Below, piece by piece: positions 38,578 to 49,325 of a stretch of 64,000 nucleotides of DNA. Source of the stretch: an uncultured Actinomycetota bacterium (lineage in GTDB: Bacteria > Actinomycetota > Actinomycetes > JAFAQI01); assembly GCA_963770565.1 (NCBI GenBank), contig CAVYQE010000011.1:480001-544000 (forward strand), in the 5' to 3' direction. Every line of letters begins with the position of its first letter. Position 1 is the stretch's first letter. Both the position numbers and the translations under genes were made by a program. The notes under the pieces are model-generated. The model was given only the letters and a program-made list of their open reading frames with translations. It was not told the DNA's origin and did not search any database.

Positions 38578-39746
38578 GACTGACCCGGCGTTGAGCTCAG
38601 CGCGGCCACCGCGGCCGCGACGACCGGGTGTACGACGGCACCGTCGTGGGTCATGACCACACCTGCCTGGATCTCGTCGCTCAGGTCGATGCCGATCTGG
38701 CCGTCGGCGAGCAGGTGCAGCAGCAAGGCACCGATGTTTCGAGAGTAGGCGGCCGAGGCGCTGGTCGACGCCGACGACGGAAGGTCGTCGGCGCCGATGA
38801 CGGTCACCCCGTTGCTGGTCACGATCGTCTCGCCCGGCCTGGAGGTCGCCACGTTGCCGCCGAGCGGGCTGCTCGCCGCGTCGACCACCACCGAGCCGGC
38901 CCGCATGCCGTCGACCGCGGCCGCGCTGACGAGCAGAGGCGGCGTGCGGCCGGGTACTTGCGCGGTGGTGATCACGATGTCGTGTCGCTTCACGTGCGTC
39001 GCGAGCTCCTCGACCAGAGCGGCCTGCTCCTCGTCCGTGAGCGCCCTCGCATAGCCGCCCTCGCCCGCCGCCGCTGTTACCGATTCGATGTCGAGGAACG
39101 ACGCGCCGAGCGAGAGCACCTCGGTGCGGGAGTCCGGCCGGACGTCGAAGGCGCGGACCTGGGCGCCGAGCCGGCGGGCGGTCCCGATCGCCTGGAGGCC
39201 GGCGACTCCGGCGCCGAGGATGAGGACCTCCGCTGGCCGTGCGGTGCCGGCGGCCGTGACCATCATCGGGAAGTACCGGCGGAAGGTGTCCGCGGCCAGC
39301 AGCACGCTGCGGTATCCGGCCACGTTGGCCTGCGAGGTGAGCGCATCCATTCCCTGGGCCCGGCTCAACGTGCGGGGCAGGCCCTCGAGGCTGATCGCGG
39401 TGACGTCGCGGCCGGCCAGGCTGCTGGCCAGATCGTGGTCACTGAGCAGGCCGAGCAGCCCGATCAGGACCTGGCCGTCACGGAGCGTGTTCACGATCTC
39501 GGGCGCCGGTGGGCGGACACAGAGCAGGACGGAGGCGGCAGCCACCAGACCGGTGGCGTCGGCGGCGATGGTGGCGCCGGCATCCGCGTACGCCGAGTCG
39601 CTGAACCAGGACCCGTCGCCTGCACCCGCCTGGACGACGACCGCGCAGCCGGCCGCAAGGACGCGCGCGACCCCGTCCGGGTCAAGAGCGACGCGTCGCT
39701 CGCGGGGAGCCGTTTCCTTCACGACCCCGACGGTCAGCTGGTCCAT
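38574..39746 (-). CDS. pntA: NAD(P) transhydrogenase alpha subunit, soluble part
   Basis: ERRVAL, SRAQGMDAL, GAGVAGLQA, GEGGYA and TTAQVPG. Confidence 0.94.
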   Translation of the reverse strand: MDQLTVGVVKETAPRERRVALDPDGVARVLAAGCAVVVQAGAGDGSWFSDSAYADAGATIAADATGLVAAASVLLCVRPPAPEIVNTLRDGQVLIGLLGLLSDHDLASSLAGRDVTAISLEGLPRTLSRAQGMDALTSQANVAGYRSVLLAADTFRRYFPMMVTAAGTARPAEVLILGAGVAGLQAIGTARRLGAQVRAFDVRPDSRTEVLSLGASFLDIESVTAAAGEGGYARALTDEEQAALVEELATHVKRHDIVITTAQVPGRTPPLLVSAAAVDGMRAGSVVVDAASSPLGGNVATSRPGETIVTSNGVTVIGADDLPSSASTSASAAYSRNIGALLLHLLADGQIGIDLSDEIQAGVVMTHDGAVVHPVVAAAVAALSSTPGQS

Positions 39747-40020
39747 GCACACCTCTCGCTCGGCGATCCTGGTAGCACATCATCGTCGTCGCTCACCTCG
39801 GAACCCGCACTGGGTCCGCGTCATCGGGCCGGGGTGTCGAATCGGACCGTTCCGCCACCCCGCCGAATCCGCTGCAGTAGAGTGTGCTGATACAAGTAGT
39901 TGCTGAGCCGCTCGGTGAGGACGATCTCCGGCCCGGGTTCCCGGCAACGTGAGAGCCAACGCGGATCGAGGCACGTAGCGTCACCATGCTTGCCCAGGAC
40001 AGCAGGTCTACCGCGTCGCG

Positions 40021-41883
40021 ATGAGCGCTAAGGAAACCCAGCAACGCGACCGGGTCGTCATCCGATTCGCCGGTGACTCCGGCGACGGCATGCAGTTGAC
40101 CGGCGACCGCTTCACCTCGGAGACCGCAGAGCTCGGCAACGACATCTCGACCCTTCCCGACTTCCCGGCCGAGATCCGCGCGCCGGCCGGAACCCTCGCG
40201 GGCGTGTCGGCCTTCCAGCTGCACTTCGCCGACCACGACGTGATGACCCCAGGTGACATCGCCGACGTCCTGGTCGCGATGAATCCGGCCGCGCTGAAGG
40301 CAAACCTCAGCGAGCTGCGGCCCGGCGGCGACCTGATTCTCAACACCGACGAGTTCACTTCGCGCAACCTTGCGAAGGTCGGGTACGCCGCCAACCCGGT
40401 CGACGACGACACGCTCGCGGCGTACCAGGTGCATCCGGTGCCGCTGACCTCGCTCACGGTCGAGGCGCTGAAGGACTTCGACCTCAGCCGCAAGGACGCG
40501 GAGCGGGCCAAGAACATGTTCGCGCTCGGGCTGTTGTCCTGGCTCTACAGCCGGCCGACCGAGACGACCAAGGAGTTTCTCGGCCACAAGTTCGCGAAGT
40601 CGCCGGTGCTGGCCCAGGCCAACCTGACCGCGTTCAACTCCGGCTGGAACTTCGGCGAGACCACCGAGGCGTTCACGATCCGGTACGAGGTCAAGCCCGC
40701 GGTCATGGCGCCCGGGCTCTATCGCAACATCACCGGCAACACGGCGCTGTCCTATGGCCTGCTGGCCGCGAGCCTGCAGTCGAAGCTGCCGATCTTCCTC
40801 GGCGCCTACCCGATCACGCCGGCCTCGGACATCCTGCACGAGCTGGCCAAACACAAGCGGTTCGGCGTACAGACCTTCCAGGCCGAGGACGAGATCGCCG
40901 GCATCGGCGCCGCCCTCGGGGCGTCGTTCGGCGGGGCGCTCGGCGTGACGACGACGAGCGGCCCCGGGGTCGACCTGAAGTCGGAGGCCATCGGTCTCGC
41001 GGTGACCCTCGAGCTGCCGCTGATCGTGTGCGACATCCAGCGGGCCGGCCCGTCGACCGGGATGCCGACCAAGGTCGAGCAGTCCGACCTGCTGCTGGCG
41101 ATGTTCGGCCGGCACGGCGAGGCGCCGGTGCCGATCATCGCGCCGCTGTCGCCGTCGGACTGTTTCGACGCCGCGATCGAAGCCGCCCGGATCGCGGTGA
41201 AGTACCGCACGCCGGTGTTCCTGCTCTCCGACGCCTACCTCGCCAACGGCTCCGAGCCGTGGCTGATCCCTGACGTCGAGACACTGCCGGAGCTGCCGGT
41301 CGACTTCGTCACCGAGCCGAACCACGAGGCCGCCGACGGCACCCCCGAGTTCTGGCCGTACCTCCGCGACCGTGACACCCTGGCCCGCCCCTGGGCGGTG
41401 CCGGGCACGCCGGGCCTCGAGCACCGGATCGGCGGCATCGAGAAGTCCGACGGGTCCGGCAACATCTCCTACGACCCGGCCAACCACGACTCGATGGTGC
41501 GGCTGCGCCAGGCCAAGGTCGACGGCATCGCCCGCGACATCCCGCCGCTCGCGGTCGACGACCGGGACGGCGACGCGGGCCTGCTCGTGCTCGGGTGGGG
41601 ATCGACGTACGGCCCGATCGGCGCGGCCGTCGCCATGGTGCGGGAGAGCGGCGGCAAGGTCGCGCAGGCGCACCTGCGTTACCTCAACCCGTTCCCGGCC
41701 AACACCGGCGAGGTGCTCGCCCGCTACCGCCGGGTCTTGATCCCCGAGATGAACCTCGGCCAGCTCGCGATGCTGGTCCGTAGCCGGTATCTCGTCGACG
41801 CGATCTCCTTCACCCGGGTGCGCGGCATGCCGTTCAAGGCCGACGAGCTCGCGGACGCGATCAAGGACGTGAGCGAGTCATGA
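40021..41883 (+). CDS. korA: 2-oxoacid:ferredoxin oxidoreductase alpha subunit
   Basis: IRFAGDSGDGMQLTG, YPITPAS, QAEDEIA and QRAGPSTGMPTK. Confidence 0.94.
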   Translation: MSAKETQQRDRVVIRFAGDSGDGMQLTGDRFTSETAELGNDISTLPDFPAEIRAPAGTLAGVSAFQLHFADHDVMTPGDIADVLVAMNPAALKANLSELRPGGDLILNTDEFTSRNLAKVGYAANPVDDDTLAAYQVHPVPLTSLTVEALKDFDLSRKDAERAKNMFALGLLSWLYSRPTETTKEFLGHKFAKSPVLAQANLTAFNSGWNFGETTEAFTIRYEVKPAVMAPGLYRNITGNTALSYGLLAASLQSKLPIFLGAYPITPASDILHELAKHKRFGVQTFQAEDEIAGIGAALGASFGGALGVTTTSGPGVDLKSEAIGLAVTLELPLIVCDIQRAGPSTGMPTKVEQSDLLLAMFGRHGEAPVPIIAPLSPSDCFDAAIEAARIAVKYRTPVFLLSDAYLANGSEPWLIPDVETLPELPVDFVTEPNHEAADGTPEFWPYLRDRDTLARPWAVPGTPGLEHRIGGIEKSDGSGNISYDPANHDSMVRLRQAKVDGIARDIPPLAVDDRDGDAGLLVLGWGSTYGPIGAAVAMVRESGGKVAQAHLRYLNPFPANTGEVLARYRRVLIPEMNLGQLAMLVRSRYLVDAISFTRVRGMPFKADELADAIKDVSES

Positions 41884-41905
41884 GCCGAGACCTGAGCGAG
41901 GCCGA

Positions 41906-42997
41906 ATGAGTATCCCGGTGCAGCCGATCGGCCCGGACGGCCGGAGCGGCCTCGACCTGATCCCGGTGGTCAGCGAAAAGGGAAACAAGAAGGAGTACAC
42001 CTCCGACCAGGAGGTGCGCTGGTGCCCGGGCTGCGGTGACTACGCGATCCTCGCCGCCGTCCAGTCGTTCCTGCCGGACCTCGGCCTCAAGCGCGAGAAC
42101 ATCGTGTGCGTCTCCGGGATCGGCTGCGCCGCGCGGTTCCCGTACTACCTCAACACCTACGGGATCCACTCGATCCACGGCCGGGCCCCCGCGATCGCGA
42201 CCGGTCTCGCGACCTCGCGGCCGGACCTGTCGGTGTGGGTCATCGGCGGCGACGGCGACTTCATGTCGATCGGCGGCAACCACCTGATCCACGCGCTGCG
42301 CCGCAACGTCAACCTCAAGCTGCTGATGTTCAACAACCGGATCTACGGGTTGACCAAGGGCCAGTACTCCCCGACGTCGGAGGTCGGCAAGATCACCAAG
42401 TCGACCCCGGCCGGCTCGGTGGATACCCCGTTCAACCCGGTGTCGCTCGCCCTCGGCGCGGAGGCCACCTTCGTCGCCCGCACGATCGACTCCGACCGCA
42501 AGCACCTGACCGCGGTCCTGCGTGCGGCGACCGAGCATCGTGGTGCGGCCTTCGTCGAGATCCTGCAGAACTGCAACATCTTCAACGACGGCGCTTACGA
42601 CGTCCTCAAGGACCCGGACACCCGCGACACCGCGGTGCTCCGGCTCGAGGACGGCGAGCCGGTGACCTTCGGCTCCGAGCGTGAGAAGGGCGTGCGGTTG
42701 ACCGGTCGCGGCGGGCTCGAGGTGGTCGATGTCGCCGACGCGGGAGCGGACACGATCCTCGTACACCACGTCGACCACGACGAGCCCGCGCTCGCCTTCA
42801 TGCTGTCGCGGCTGGGCAATGTCGATGGCGGCGTGACACCGATCGGGGTCTTCCGGTCGGTCAATCGGCCGACGTACGACGACGACGTCCGGGCCCAGGT
42901 CGACCACGCGGTCGCCACCCGCGGTCCCGGTGACCTGGCAGCGTTGCTGGCCAGCGGGGACACCTGGCGGATCGGCGCCTCGGGAGCAACCGGCTGA
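41906..42997 (+). CDS. korB: 2-oxoacid:ferredoxin oxidoreductase beta subunit
   Basis: WCPGCGD, SGIGC, IHGRA, GDGD and YGLTKGQYSPT. Confidence 0.94.
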   Translation: MSIPVQPIGPDGRSGLDLIPVVSEKGNKKEYTSDQEVRWCPGCGDYAILAAVQSFLPDLGLKRENIVCVSGIGCAARFPYYLNTYGIHSIHGRAPAIATGLATSRPDLSVWVIGGDGDFMSIGGNHLIHALRRNVNLKLLMFNNRIYGLTKGQYSPTSEVGKITKSTPAGSVDTPFNPVSLALGAEATFVARTIDSDRKHLTAVLRAATEHRGAAFVEILQNCNIFNDGAYDVLKDPDTRDTAVLRLEDGEPVTFGSEREKGVRLTGRGGLEVVDVADAGADTILVHHVDHDEPALAFMLSRLGNVDGGVTPIGVFRSVNRPTYDDDVRAQVDHAVATRGPGDLAALLASGDTWRIGASGATG

Positions 42998-43109
42998 GTC
43001 GCTCAGCCGAGCACACAGATCGACCAAGTCAGTCCGCCGCGGCCCGTGCCGCAGCGTGGGGGCGTGATGGGATCGGGCGCGGTATCAACCCGAGCGCAGG
43101 GAGGGTCAC

Positions 43110-43862
43110 GTGGTGCTGGGCCTGCCCGACGGCGTGACCGCCTGTTTGTTTGACCTCGACGGGGTACTGACCGATACCGCTGCAGTGCACGCCGCCGCCT
43201 GGAAGGACACCTTCGACGCTCTCCTGCGCGCACGGTCGGAGCAGGACGGCGGCGAGTTCGTCCCGTTCGACGCGCACCGCGACTACCTGTCCTTCGTCGA
43301 CGGGAAGCCGCGCGAGGCCGGGGTGCGCGACTTCCTCGCCAGCCGGGGCATCACCTTGCCCGAAGGCACGCCGGACGACCAGCCCGACGATGACACGGTC
43401 TACGGCGTCGGCGCGCACAAGAACCGCGACCTGCGCGAGCGGATCCGGACCGACGGGGTCAAGGTCTTCGAGGGTTCACGCCGCTATCTGGAAGCGGCGC
43501 GCACGGCCGGGTTGCGGCGCGCGGTGGTGTCGTCGAGCGCCAACACCGCGGACGTCCTGGCGGTGACCGGGCTCGGCGACTACATCGAGCTCAGGGTCGA
43601 CGGGGTGACGATTCGCGAAGAACACCTCGCCGGCAAGCCGGCACCCGATACCTTTCTCTCCGCGGCTCATCGGCTCGGCGTCCAGCCTTCAGCGGCCGCG
43701 GTGTTCGAAGATGCCATTGCCGGGGTTCAGGCCGGCCGGGCCGGCGGCTTCGGCGCGGTGGTGGGGGTCGATCGAACGGGACAGGCAGCGGCGTTGCGGG
43801 ACAACGGGGCGAGCGTGGTCGTGCGCGACCTCGCTGAGCTACTCGACGGGGTGACGGAGTGA
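43110..43862 (+). CDS. Beta-phosphoglucomutase-family HAD hydrolase
   Basis: [22 protein letters not shown] and VFEDA. Confidence 0.9.
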   Translation: MVLGLPDGVTACLFDLDGVLTDTAAVHAAAWKDTFDALLRARSEQDGGEFVPFDAHRDYLSFVDGKPREAGVRDFLASRGITLPEGTPDDQPDDDTVYGVGAHKNRDLRERIRTDGVKVFEGSRRYLEAARTAGLRRAVVSSSANTADVLAVTGLGDYIELRVDGVTIREEHLAGKPAPDTFLSAAHRLGVQPSAAAVFEDAIAGVQAGRAGGFGAVVGVDRTGQAAALRDNGASVVVRDLAELLDGVTE

Positions 43863-46222
43863 TTGAGCAATCGGCGTACCCGGTTGAGCCGTGGGTGGTG
43901 CGCGAGACGAACCTCAACCTCGACCTGCTGGCGCAGTCCGAGTCGGTGTTCGCGCTATCGAACGGCCATATCGGGATGCGCGGCAACCTCGACGAGGGCG
44001 AGCCGCACGGCATCCCCGGCATGTATCTGAACTCCTTCTACGAGCAACGGCCTTTGCCGTACGCCGAAGCCGGGTACGGCTATCCCGAATCCGGCCAGAC
44101 CGTGGTCAACGTCACCAACGGCAAGCTGATCCGGGTGCTCGTCAACGACGAGCCGCTCGACGTCCGCTATGGCGAGCTGCGCGAGCACGAGCGGCTGCTC
44201 GACCTCCGCGCCGGCACGCTCACCCGCTCGCTCGACTGGGAGTCGCCGGCCGGCCAGCGGATCCGGGTGCGCTCGCGACGGCTTGTCTCGTTCGTGCAGC
44301 GGGCGGCGGCCGCGATCGAGTACATCGTCGAGCCGATCGACGCGCCGGCCCGATTCGTCGTGCAGTCCGAGCTGGTCGCCAACGAGGAGCTGCCGCGGCT
44401 GTCCGGCGACCCCCGGGTCTCCGCGATCCTCGACAACCCGCTGGTCGGCGTGGAGCACTCGCGCCAGGACAACGGCGGGATCCTGATGCATCACACCCGG
44501 GCGAGCAACCTGTCGATGGCGGCCGGGATGGACCACCTCATCGAGGGGCCGGGCCGGCTCGAGATCGACATCGACTCCCGCAACGACTGGGTACGCACCA
44601 CCGTGGTCGCCCAGCTGCGCCCGGGCGAGCAGCTGCGGCTCATCAAGCTGCTGGCCTACGGCTGGTCGAGCCTGCGATCGCGGCAGTCACTGCGCGACCA
44701 GGTGGCGGCGGCGCTGCGCAGTGCGCGCTACTCCGGCTTCGACGGCCTGCTCGAGGAGCAGCGTGCCTACCTCGACGAGTTCTGGGAGTCCGCGGACGTC
44801 GAGGTCGATGGCGACGCTGAGATCCAGCAGGCGGTGCGGTTCGGCCTGTTCCACGTGCTGCAGTCCGGCGCCCGCGCCGAGCGGCGCTGCATCCCGGCTA
44901 AGGGCCTGACCGGCCCGGGCTACGACGGGCACACCTTCTGGGACACCGAAGGCTTCGTCCTGCCCGTGCTGACCTACACCCAGCCGAGCGCGGCGGCCGA
45001 CGTGATCCGATGGCGACACTCGACCCTCGACCTCGCTAAGGAGCACGCGGCGAAGCTCGGCCTGAAGGGGGCGGCGTTTCCGTGGCGCACGATCCGCGGG
45101 CATGAGTGCTCCGGCTACTGGCCGGCCGGCACCGCCGGGTTCCACATCAACGCCGACATTGCCGACTCGGTGGAGCGCTACCGGACCGTCACCGGTGATG
45201 ACTCGGTCGATCGAGCCGGCGGCGTCGAGCTGCTCGTCGAAACCGCGCGGATGTGGATGTCGCTCGGTCACCATGACGAGGACGGCGCCTGGCACGTCGA
45301 CGGGGTGACCGGGCCGGACGAATACAGCGCGATCGCCGACGACAACGTCTTCACCAACCTGATGGCGGCGCGCAACCTGCAAGCCGCGGCCGAGGCGACC
45401 GTTCGCCATCCCGATATCGCCCGCGACCTCGGCGTCGATCTCGAAGAGGCCGCGAAGTGGCGCGACGCCGCCGCCGACGTCTACATCCCGTACGACGACA
45501 AGCTCGGCGTCCACCCGCAGTCGGAGGGCTACACCCGCCATGAGCTGTGGGACTTCGAGGCGTACAAGGACCGATACCCGCTGCTGCTGACCGCGCCGTA
45601 CTTCGACCTGTATCGCAAGCAGGTGGTCAAACAGGCCGACCTGGTGCTGGCCATGCACTGGTGCGGCGACCAGTTCACGGCGGAGGACAAGGCCCGCAAC
45701 GTCGACTACTACGAACGCCGGACGGTCCGCGACTCGTCGCTGTCGGCGTGCACCCAGGCGGTGATGGCGGCCGAGGTCGGCCACCTTCAGCTCGCCCATG
45801 ACTATGCCTACGAAGCGGCAATGATCGACCTTCGCGACCTGCACCAGAACAGCCGGGACGGCCTGCACATGGCGTCGCTCGCCGGCGCGTGGATCGCGCT
45901 GGTCGCAGGCTTCGGCGGGCTGCGCGACTACGGCCAGCGACTGATGTTCGACCCGGCCCTGCCGCCCGGAATCAGCCGGCTGTCCTTCAGCATCCGCTGG
46001 CGCGGGGTGCGGCTTCGGGTGGCGGTCGACCACCGTCAGGTGACCTACTCGCTGCACGACGGCGACAAGGGCGAGGTCGAGCTGCGCCACGACGGCGAGG
46101 ACATCGTGGTGACCGCGGCCAAGCCGGTGACCCGGCGGCTGAAGGCGCGCAAGCCCCGGCTCGAAGCGCCGTCACAGCCGGTCGGCCGGGAGCCGAATCG
46201 CCGGATGGCTGCCCCGTCCTGA
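43859..46222 (+). CDS. Glycoside hydrolase family 65 (trehalose/maltose/kojibiose phosphorylase-like)
   Basis: [36 protein letters not shown] and DSSLS. Confidence 0.93.
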   Translation: MIEQSAYPVEPWVVRETNLNLDLLAQSESVFALSNGHIGMRGNLDEGEPHGIPGMYLNSFYEQRPLPYAEAGYGYPESGQTVVNVTNGKLIRVLVNDEPLDVRYGELREHERLLDLRAGTLTRSLDWESPAGQRIRVRSRRLVSFVQRAAAAIEYIVEPIDAPARFVVQSELVANEELPRLSGDPRVSAILDNPLVGVEHSRQDNGGILMHHTRASNLSMAAGMDHLIEGPGRLEIDIDSRNDWVRTTVVAQLRPGEQLRLIKLLAYGWSSLRSRQSLRDQVAAALRSARYSGFDGLLEEQRAYLDEFWESADVEVDGDAEIQQAVRFGLFHVLQSGARAERRCIPAKGLTGPGYDGHTFWDTEGFVLPVLTYTQPSAAADVIRWRHSTLDLAKEHAAKLGLKGAAFPWRTIRGHECSGYWPAGTAGFHINADIADSVERYRTVTGDDSVDRAGGVELLVETARMWMSLGHHDEDGAWHVDGVTGPDEYSAIADDNVFTNLMAARNLQAAAEATVRHPDIARDLGVDLEEAAKWRDAAADVYIPYDDKLGVHPQSEGYTRHELWDFEAYKDRYPLLLTAPYFDLYRKQVVKQADLVLAMHWCGDQFTAEDKARNVDYYERRTVRDSSLSACTQAVMAAEVGHLQLAHDYAYEAAMIDLRDLHQNSRDGLHMASLAGAWIALVAGFGGLRDYGQRLMFDPALPPGISRLSFSIRWRGVRLRVAVDHRQVTYSLHDGDKGEVELRHDGEDIVVTAAKPVTRRLKARKPRLEAPSQPVGREPNRRMAAPS

Positions 46223-46247
46223 GCCGGCCGTGACCTGGCCTGGCCGG

Positions 46248-46820
46248 TCAGCCGGCTGAGTTCCAGCGGGTGATGGCGGCGGTTTCGCGTTCCCAGCCGA
46301 GCACGCTGATGGTCGCCGTACCCAGCACCACCCGGGAGCCGCCGACCGGCGGCAGCTCGATCCAGCGGGCCGCCAGGATTCGCAGAATGTGACCGTGCGC
46401 GAACAGCATCACCCGGCCGTCGATCCCGCGGATGGTCTCGATGACGTGATCGGCTCTCGCGCCGACCCTGGCCAGGGTCTCGCCGTTGGGGCAGCCGTCG
46501 TCGAAGACGTCCCAGCCGGGATGCTGCTCGCGAATCTCGTTGGTGGTCAGGCCCTCGTAGTCGCCGTAGTCCCACTCGCGCAGGTCGGGGGTCACGACGG
46601 CGCGATCGCCGAATCCGGCCAGCGCGCAGGTCTCGAGCGCGCGCTGAAGCGGGCTGGTGAGGACGAGGTCGAAGTGCTGCCCCGCGAGCAGGGCGCCCAG
46701 CGCGCGAGCGGCGGCCCGGCCGTCGTCGTTGAGCGGGATGTCGCTCCGGCCGGTGTGCCTGAGCGCGACGCTCCAGTCGGTCGCGCCGTGCCGGGCCAGC
46801 CACACCTCGGGTTGGATCAC
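46248..46820 (-). CDS. Histidine phosphatase family protein
   Basis: RHGATDWS, SPLQRA, EWDYGDYEG and AHG. Confidence 0.9.
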   Translation of the reverse strand: MIQPEVWLARHGATDWSVALRHTGRSDIPLNDDGRAAARALGALLAGQHFDLVLTSPLQRALETCALAGFGDRAVVTPDLREWDYGDYEGLTTNEIREQHPGWDVFDDGCPNGETLARVGARADHVIETIRGIDGRVMLFAHGHILRILAARWIELPPVGGSRVVLGTATISVLGWERETAAITRWNSAG

Positions 46821-46927
46821 ATTCGCAGGATGCCCGCTGATCTTCGGTCTGACGACCAGTTGTACGGCGTGTCGCGGCCAAAGTGGTCTCGAGCGCGAAG
46901 GTGGACGGTGGCACTAGGTTCAGCACC

Positions 46928-47764
46928 ATGCGGGGAGATGCGTTCACGGCCGCGGTCGACGGCGGCCAGGTCAGCGGCTGGGTGGTCGGCGACGGAGTGC
47001 CCGTGCTGATGCTGCACGGTGGCCCCGGGATGTCGTACGACTACCTCGAGGATCTCGCGGACGAGCTCGGCCCGGGCTACCGGATCGCGTCGTTCCAGCA
47101 GCGCGGGCTGGCGCCGTCGATGCTCGACGGCCCGTTCGACATCGACACCCATCTCGCCGACGTCAGCGCCGTGCTCGGAGCGCTGAACTGGCCGACCGCC
47201 TACGTCGTCGGGCACTCCTGGGGCGGTCACCTCGCCTTCCACGTCGCGGTCGCCCTCCCGGATCGGACGTCGGGGGTGCTTGCGCTCGACCCGCTCGGCG
47301 GGGTCGGCGACGGTGGCGAGGCGGAGTTCGGTGCGGAGATGGTGGCGCGCGTGCCGGAGGGCAGCCGGACTAGAGCGGCCGAGCTCGATGCCCGCGCGAT
47401 GGCCGGTGAGGGCACGGAGGAGGACGAGTTGGAGAGCCTCCGGCTGTTCTGGCCGGCGTACTTCGCCGACTTCGATTCGGCCCCGGCGATGCCGCCGCTC
47501 TCGCTCTCGGTCGCGGCGTACGCGGAGTGCTTTGACTCGGTCCGGGAGCGGCTGCCGGCCCTCGAGGCCGCCTTGCCGACCGTCTCGGTGCCGGTCGGAG
47601 TGGTGTCCGGCGCGCGCAGCCCGATGCCGGTCTCGTCGGCGCACGACACCGCCGCGGTGATCCCCGGGGCGTGGGTCGAGGTGGTCGAGGGCGCCGGCCA
47701 CTTCCCGTGGTTCGAGCGGCCCGGGTCGGTCCGTTCGGCGTTGGCCCGGCTGGTGGGGAGTTGA
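46928..47764 (+). CDS. Alpha/beta hydrolase
   Basis: HGGPG, GHSWGG and GAGHFPW. Confidence 0.88.
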   Translation: MRGDAFTAAVDGGQVSGWVVGDGVPVLMLHGGPGMSYDYLEDLADELGPGYRIASFQQRGLAPSMLDGPFDIDTHLADVSAVLGALNWPTAYVVGHSWGGHLAFHVAVALPDRTSGVLALDPLGGVGDGGEAEFGAEMVARVPEGSRTRAAELDARAMAGEGTEEDELESLRLFWPAYFADFDSAPAMPPLSLSVAAYAECFDSVRERLPALEAALPTVSVPVGVVSGARSPMPVSSAHDTAAVIPGAWVEVVEGAGHFPWFERPGSVRSALARLVGS

Positions 47765-48585
47765 TGGCGGCGCTCGCCGATGTGGTTGCCGCCCTCGAAC
47801 GCCGGTATGACCCGAGCTGGGCCGCGGAGTGGGACTCGGTCGGCCTGGTCTGCGGCGATCCCGGCGCAGAGGTCGACACCGTGCTGTTCGCGATCGACCC
47901 GGTCGAGGTGGTGGTCGACGAGGCGGTCGCCGGCGGCGTGCAGCTGCTGGTCACCCACCATCCCTTGTTTCTCGGCGGCACCGACTCGGTGGCTGCGACG
48001 ACGGCCAAGGGCCGGGTGGTCCACCGGCTGATCACCAACGGGATCGGGTTGTACGTCGCCCACACCAACGCCGACGTCGCCGACCCGGGCGTGAGCGACG
48101 CGCTGGCCGGAGTCCTCGGCCTCGCCGACGTGCGGCCGATCGAGCCGACCGTCGAACGCGGGCTCGGGCGGATCGGTCGGCTGGCGGAGCCCATGACGCT
48201 GGGCCGCTTCGTCGCGATGGCCGCCGGGGCCCTGCCGGCCACCGTGTGGGGGCTGCGGGCCGGCGGCGACCCGGATCGTCGGGTCGCGAGCGTCGCGGTC
48301 TGCGGCGGCTCGGGCGGCGAACTGGCGGAGTCTGCCGCGGCGGCCGGGGCCGACGTACTCCTGACTGCGGATCTGAAGCACCACCGCAGCTCCGAAGCAC
48401 TGGCCGATGTCGACATCGCCCTCGTCGACGCCGCGCACTGGGCGACCGAGCAGCCGTGGGTGGCGCAGGCCGCCGCCCTCCTTGCCGACGACCTGCGCGC
48501 GGCGGGCACTAACGTGGAGACCAGATCGTCAACCATCGTCACCGACCCGTGGACCCTGCACGCCCACTCGCCTGAGGAACCGTGA
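47764..48585 (+). CDS. Nif3-like dinuclear metal-centre protein
   Basis: WDSVGL, THHP, HTNAD, VCGGSG and HWATE. Confidence 0.92.
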   Translation: MAALADVVAALERRYDPSWAAEWDSVGLVCGDPGAEVDTVLFAIDPVEVVVDEAVAGGVQLLVTHHPLFLGGTDSVAATTAKGRVVHRLITNGIGLYVAHTNADVADPGVSDALAGVLGLADVRPIEPTVERGLGRIGRLAEPMTLGRFVAMAAGALPATVWGLRAGGDPDRRVASVAVCGGSGGELAESAAAAGADVLLTADLKHHRSSEALADVDIALVDAAHWATEQPWVAQAAALLADDLRAAGTNVETRSSTIVTDPWTLHAHSPEEP

Positions 48586-49325
48586 AAGCCGCACCCGACG
48601 ACCAACTTCGACTCCTCGATGTCCAGGTGCTCGACTCTGCGCTCGATCGCCTGGCGCACCGTCGCGCGACGCTGCCCGAGCTCGCGACCATCGACTCCCT
48701 CCGGGACCGGAGCGACGAGATCGCCGATGACATCGTCCGGGCCGAGACCGAGGACAGCGATCTCGGCCGCGAGCAGGCGCGGGTCGACGCCGACGTCGAG
48801 ATGGTCCGGAGCCGGATGGAGCGTGACCAGCAGCGGCTCGACAGCGGCCAGGTGGGCTCACCGCGCGAGCTGGAGAACCTGCAGTCGGAGATCGAGTCGC
48901 TGCATCGGCGGCAGTCGGATCTCGAGGACGCCGAGCTCGAGGTCATGGAGCAGCGCGAGAGCATCGAGGCGCGGCTGAAGGAGTTGCGCACCGAGCAGGA
49001 GCAGGTCACCTCCTCGCTCGCCGGTGCCGAGCGCACCCGCGACGCGGCGTGGGCCGAGATCGACTCCGAGACCGAGAAGTCGCGGGCGCAGCGGGCGGAG
49101 CTCGCGGGGACGCTGCCGGACGACCTGGTCGCGCTGTACGAGAAGCTGCGCGCTTCCTCCGGCGGAGTCGGCGCGGCGGCATTGCACCGCGGCCGATGCG
49201 AGGGCTGTCACCTACAGCTCAACACGACCGACCTGAACAACCTGCGCGATGCGCCGGCCGACGACGTCGTGCGCTGCGAGGAGTGCCGGCGGATCCTGAT
49301 CCGCACCGCCGAGTCCGGGCTGTGA
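48582..49325 (+). CDS. Coiled-coil protein with C4 zinc ribbon (DUF164-like)
   Basis: Long coiled coil followed by CEGC...CEEC; conserved Nif3/Zn-ribbon/RNase H operon. Confidence 0.9.
   Translation: MKAAPDDQLRLLDVQVLDSALDRLAHRRATLPELATIDSLRDRSDEIADDIVRAETEDSDLGREQARVDADVEMVRSRMERDQQRLDSGQVGSPRELENLQSEIESLHRRQSDLEDAELEVMEQRESIEARLKELRTEQEQVTSSLAGAERTRDAAWAEIDSETEKSRAQRAELAGTLPDDLVALYEKLRASSGGVGAAALHRGRCEGCHLQLNTTDLNNLRDAPADDVVRCEECRRILIRTAESGL

Noticed and set aside
38251-39746. Split pntA as a pseudogene
   Set aside because: Three-gene transhydrogenases (alpha1, alpha2, beta) are a well-known normal arrangement.
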